Below are positions 60,888 through 64,000 of a stretch of 64,000 nucleotides of DNA, piece by piece; the first letter of the stretch is position 1; the number at the start of each line of letters is the position of its first letter. Below the pieces are notes generated by a model. That model made no database searches and was not told the DNA's origin. It saw only the letters and a program-made list of their open reading frames with translations. This stretch comes from Synechococcus sp. (GTDB taxonomy: Bacteria > Cyanobacteriota > Cyanobacteriia > PCC-6307 > Cyanobiaceae), in NCBI GenBank assembly GCA_047284725.1, contig JBJBEO010000001.1:384001-448000 (forward strand). Reading direction: 5' to 3'. A program made the position numbers and the translations under genes.

Positions 60888-60905
60888 GTCGGGCTCTGGC
60901 CCGAC
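60888..60905 (-). promoter_or_regulatory. rimP-leader-like GGGC...GCCC hairpin
   Basis: GTCGGGC-CAGA-GCCCGAC ends 14 nt upstream of the rimP start. Confidence 0.55.
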
Positions 60906-61002
60906 GGCTGATACTGAGATCACCCTCCCGGTGAGAGGAACTCGCCAGGCCTTTCTCAATGTAGTGGATCGTGCGGAAGCCCCCAGAGTGAAGTCTCCGT
61001 GA

Positions 61003-63201
<2,199 letters not shown>

Positions 63202-63243
63202 ACACTCTTGCTACCGTCTCGCGAGCCTTTGGCACACGAGACG

Positions 63244-63954
63244 GTGGACCTTCAGACCCAGATGAAACAGGCGGTGGCCTCCGCTGCCGTGGATCAAATT
63301 AAAGATGGCATGGTGCTGGGCCTCGGCTCCGGCTCCACCGCAGCCCTGATGATCGAGGGCCTGGGTGCCAAGTTGGCCAGCGGCGAGCTCAAGGACATCG
63401 TCGGCGTGACTACGTCGTTTCAGGGCGAAGTGCTGGCGGCACAGCTGGGCATCCCCCTGCGCAGCCTCAACGCTGTCGACCGCATTGACCTGGCGATTGA
63501 CGGTGCCGACGAGGTGGATCCTTCCTTTCAGTTGATCAAAGGTGGCGGCGCTTGCCATGTGCAGGAAAAGCTGGTGGCCTGCCGTGCTGATCGTTTTGTT
63601 GTTGTGGTCGATTCCACCAAGCTGGTGAACCGTCTCAATCTTGGTTTCCTTCTGCCTGTGGAAGTGTTGCCTGGAGCATGGCGTCAGATCCAGGGGCAGC
63701 TGCAGGGGATGGGTGGTCAAGCCGATTTGCGCATGGCCCAACGCAAGGCGGGACCTGTGGTGACTGATCAAGGCAACCTGGTGCTGGATGTGAAATTCAG
63801 CGATGGCATCGCCGACCCTGTCGGTCTGGAAAGGGAGATCAACAACCTGCCAGGAGTGCTTGAAAATGGATTGTTCGTGAATATCACCGACCAAGTTCTG
63901 GTGGGAGAAATCAACGATGGTGTCGCCAATGTGCGCGATCTTGTGAAGCGGTGA
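63244..63954 (+). CDS. rpiA: Ribose-5-phosphate isomerase A
   Basis: GLGSGST, DGADEVD and IKGGGA. Confidence 0.96.
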   Translation: MDLQTQMKQAVASAAVDQIKDGMVLGLGSGSTAALMIEGLGAKLASGELKDIVGVTTSFQGEVLAAQLGIPLRSLNAVDRIDLAIDGADEVDPSFQLIKGGGACHVQEKLVACRADRFVVVVDSTKLVNRLNLGFLLPVEVLPGAWRQIQGQLQGMGGQADLRMAQRKAGPVVTDQGNLVLDVKFSDGIADPVGLEREINNLPGVLENGLFVNITDQVLVGEINDGVANVRDLVKR

Positions 63955-64000
63955 TCAAGGGCGACACTTTGTCCCTGGTTGGCCGCTTCACTAGGTCAAC

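Overview
Window from a marine picocyanobacterium (Synechococcus-like: psbA, picocyanobacterial CP12, DUF1651 and DUF4278 genes, typical gene order). It has four parts. (1) 1 to ~13 kb: accessory island of small secreted and membrane proteins, a thermonuclease, a GIY-YIG nuclease, a protease, DUF1651 remnants, and a glutamine-II riboswitch/NtcA/DUF4278 unit that the ORF track missed. (2) ~13.5-36.4 kb: core genes (LOG, PIN-PhoH, SulP, DnaJ-like, hemB, mutS2, obg, CP12, ABC-F, psbA D1:2-type, BASS, DUF389). (3) 37197-53969: a complete 16.7-kb element integrated at tRNA-Thr(CGT) between exact 44-bp direct repeats. It encodes a tyrosine integrase, an Xis-like HTH, an RHH protein, a RecD/Dda-like helicase, a TOPRIM-VapE primase-helicase carrying an iteron-like origin, a TerS-like protein, a full TerL and a J-domain protein. 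I could not recognise any capsid, portal, tail or lysis gene. (4) 54-64 kb: rimP-nusA-ylxR-infB operon, HtrA protease and rpiA. The element in part 3, an apparent terminase-only phage satellite with structured non-coding regions, is the most notable item. All family assignments come from motif recognition by eye; no database search was run.
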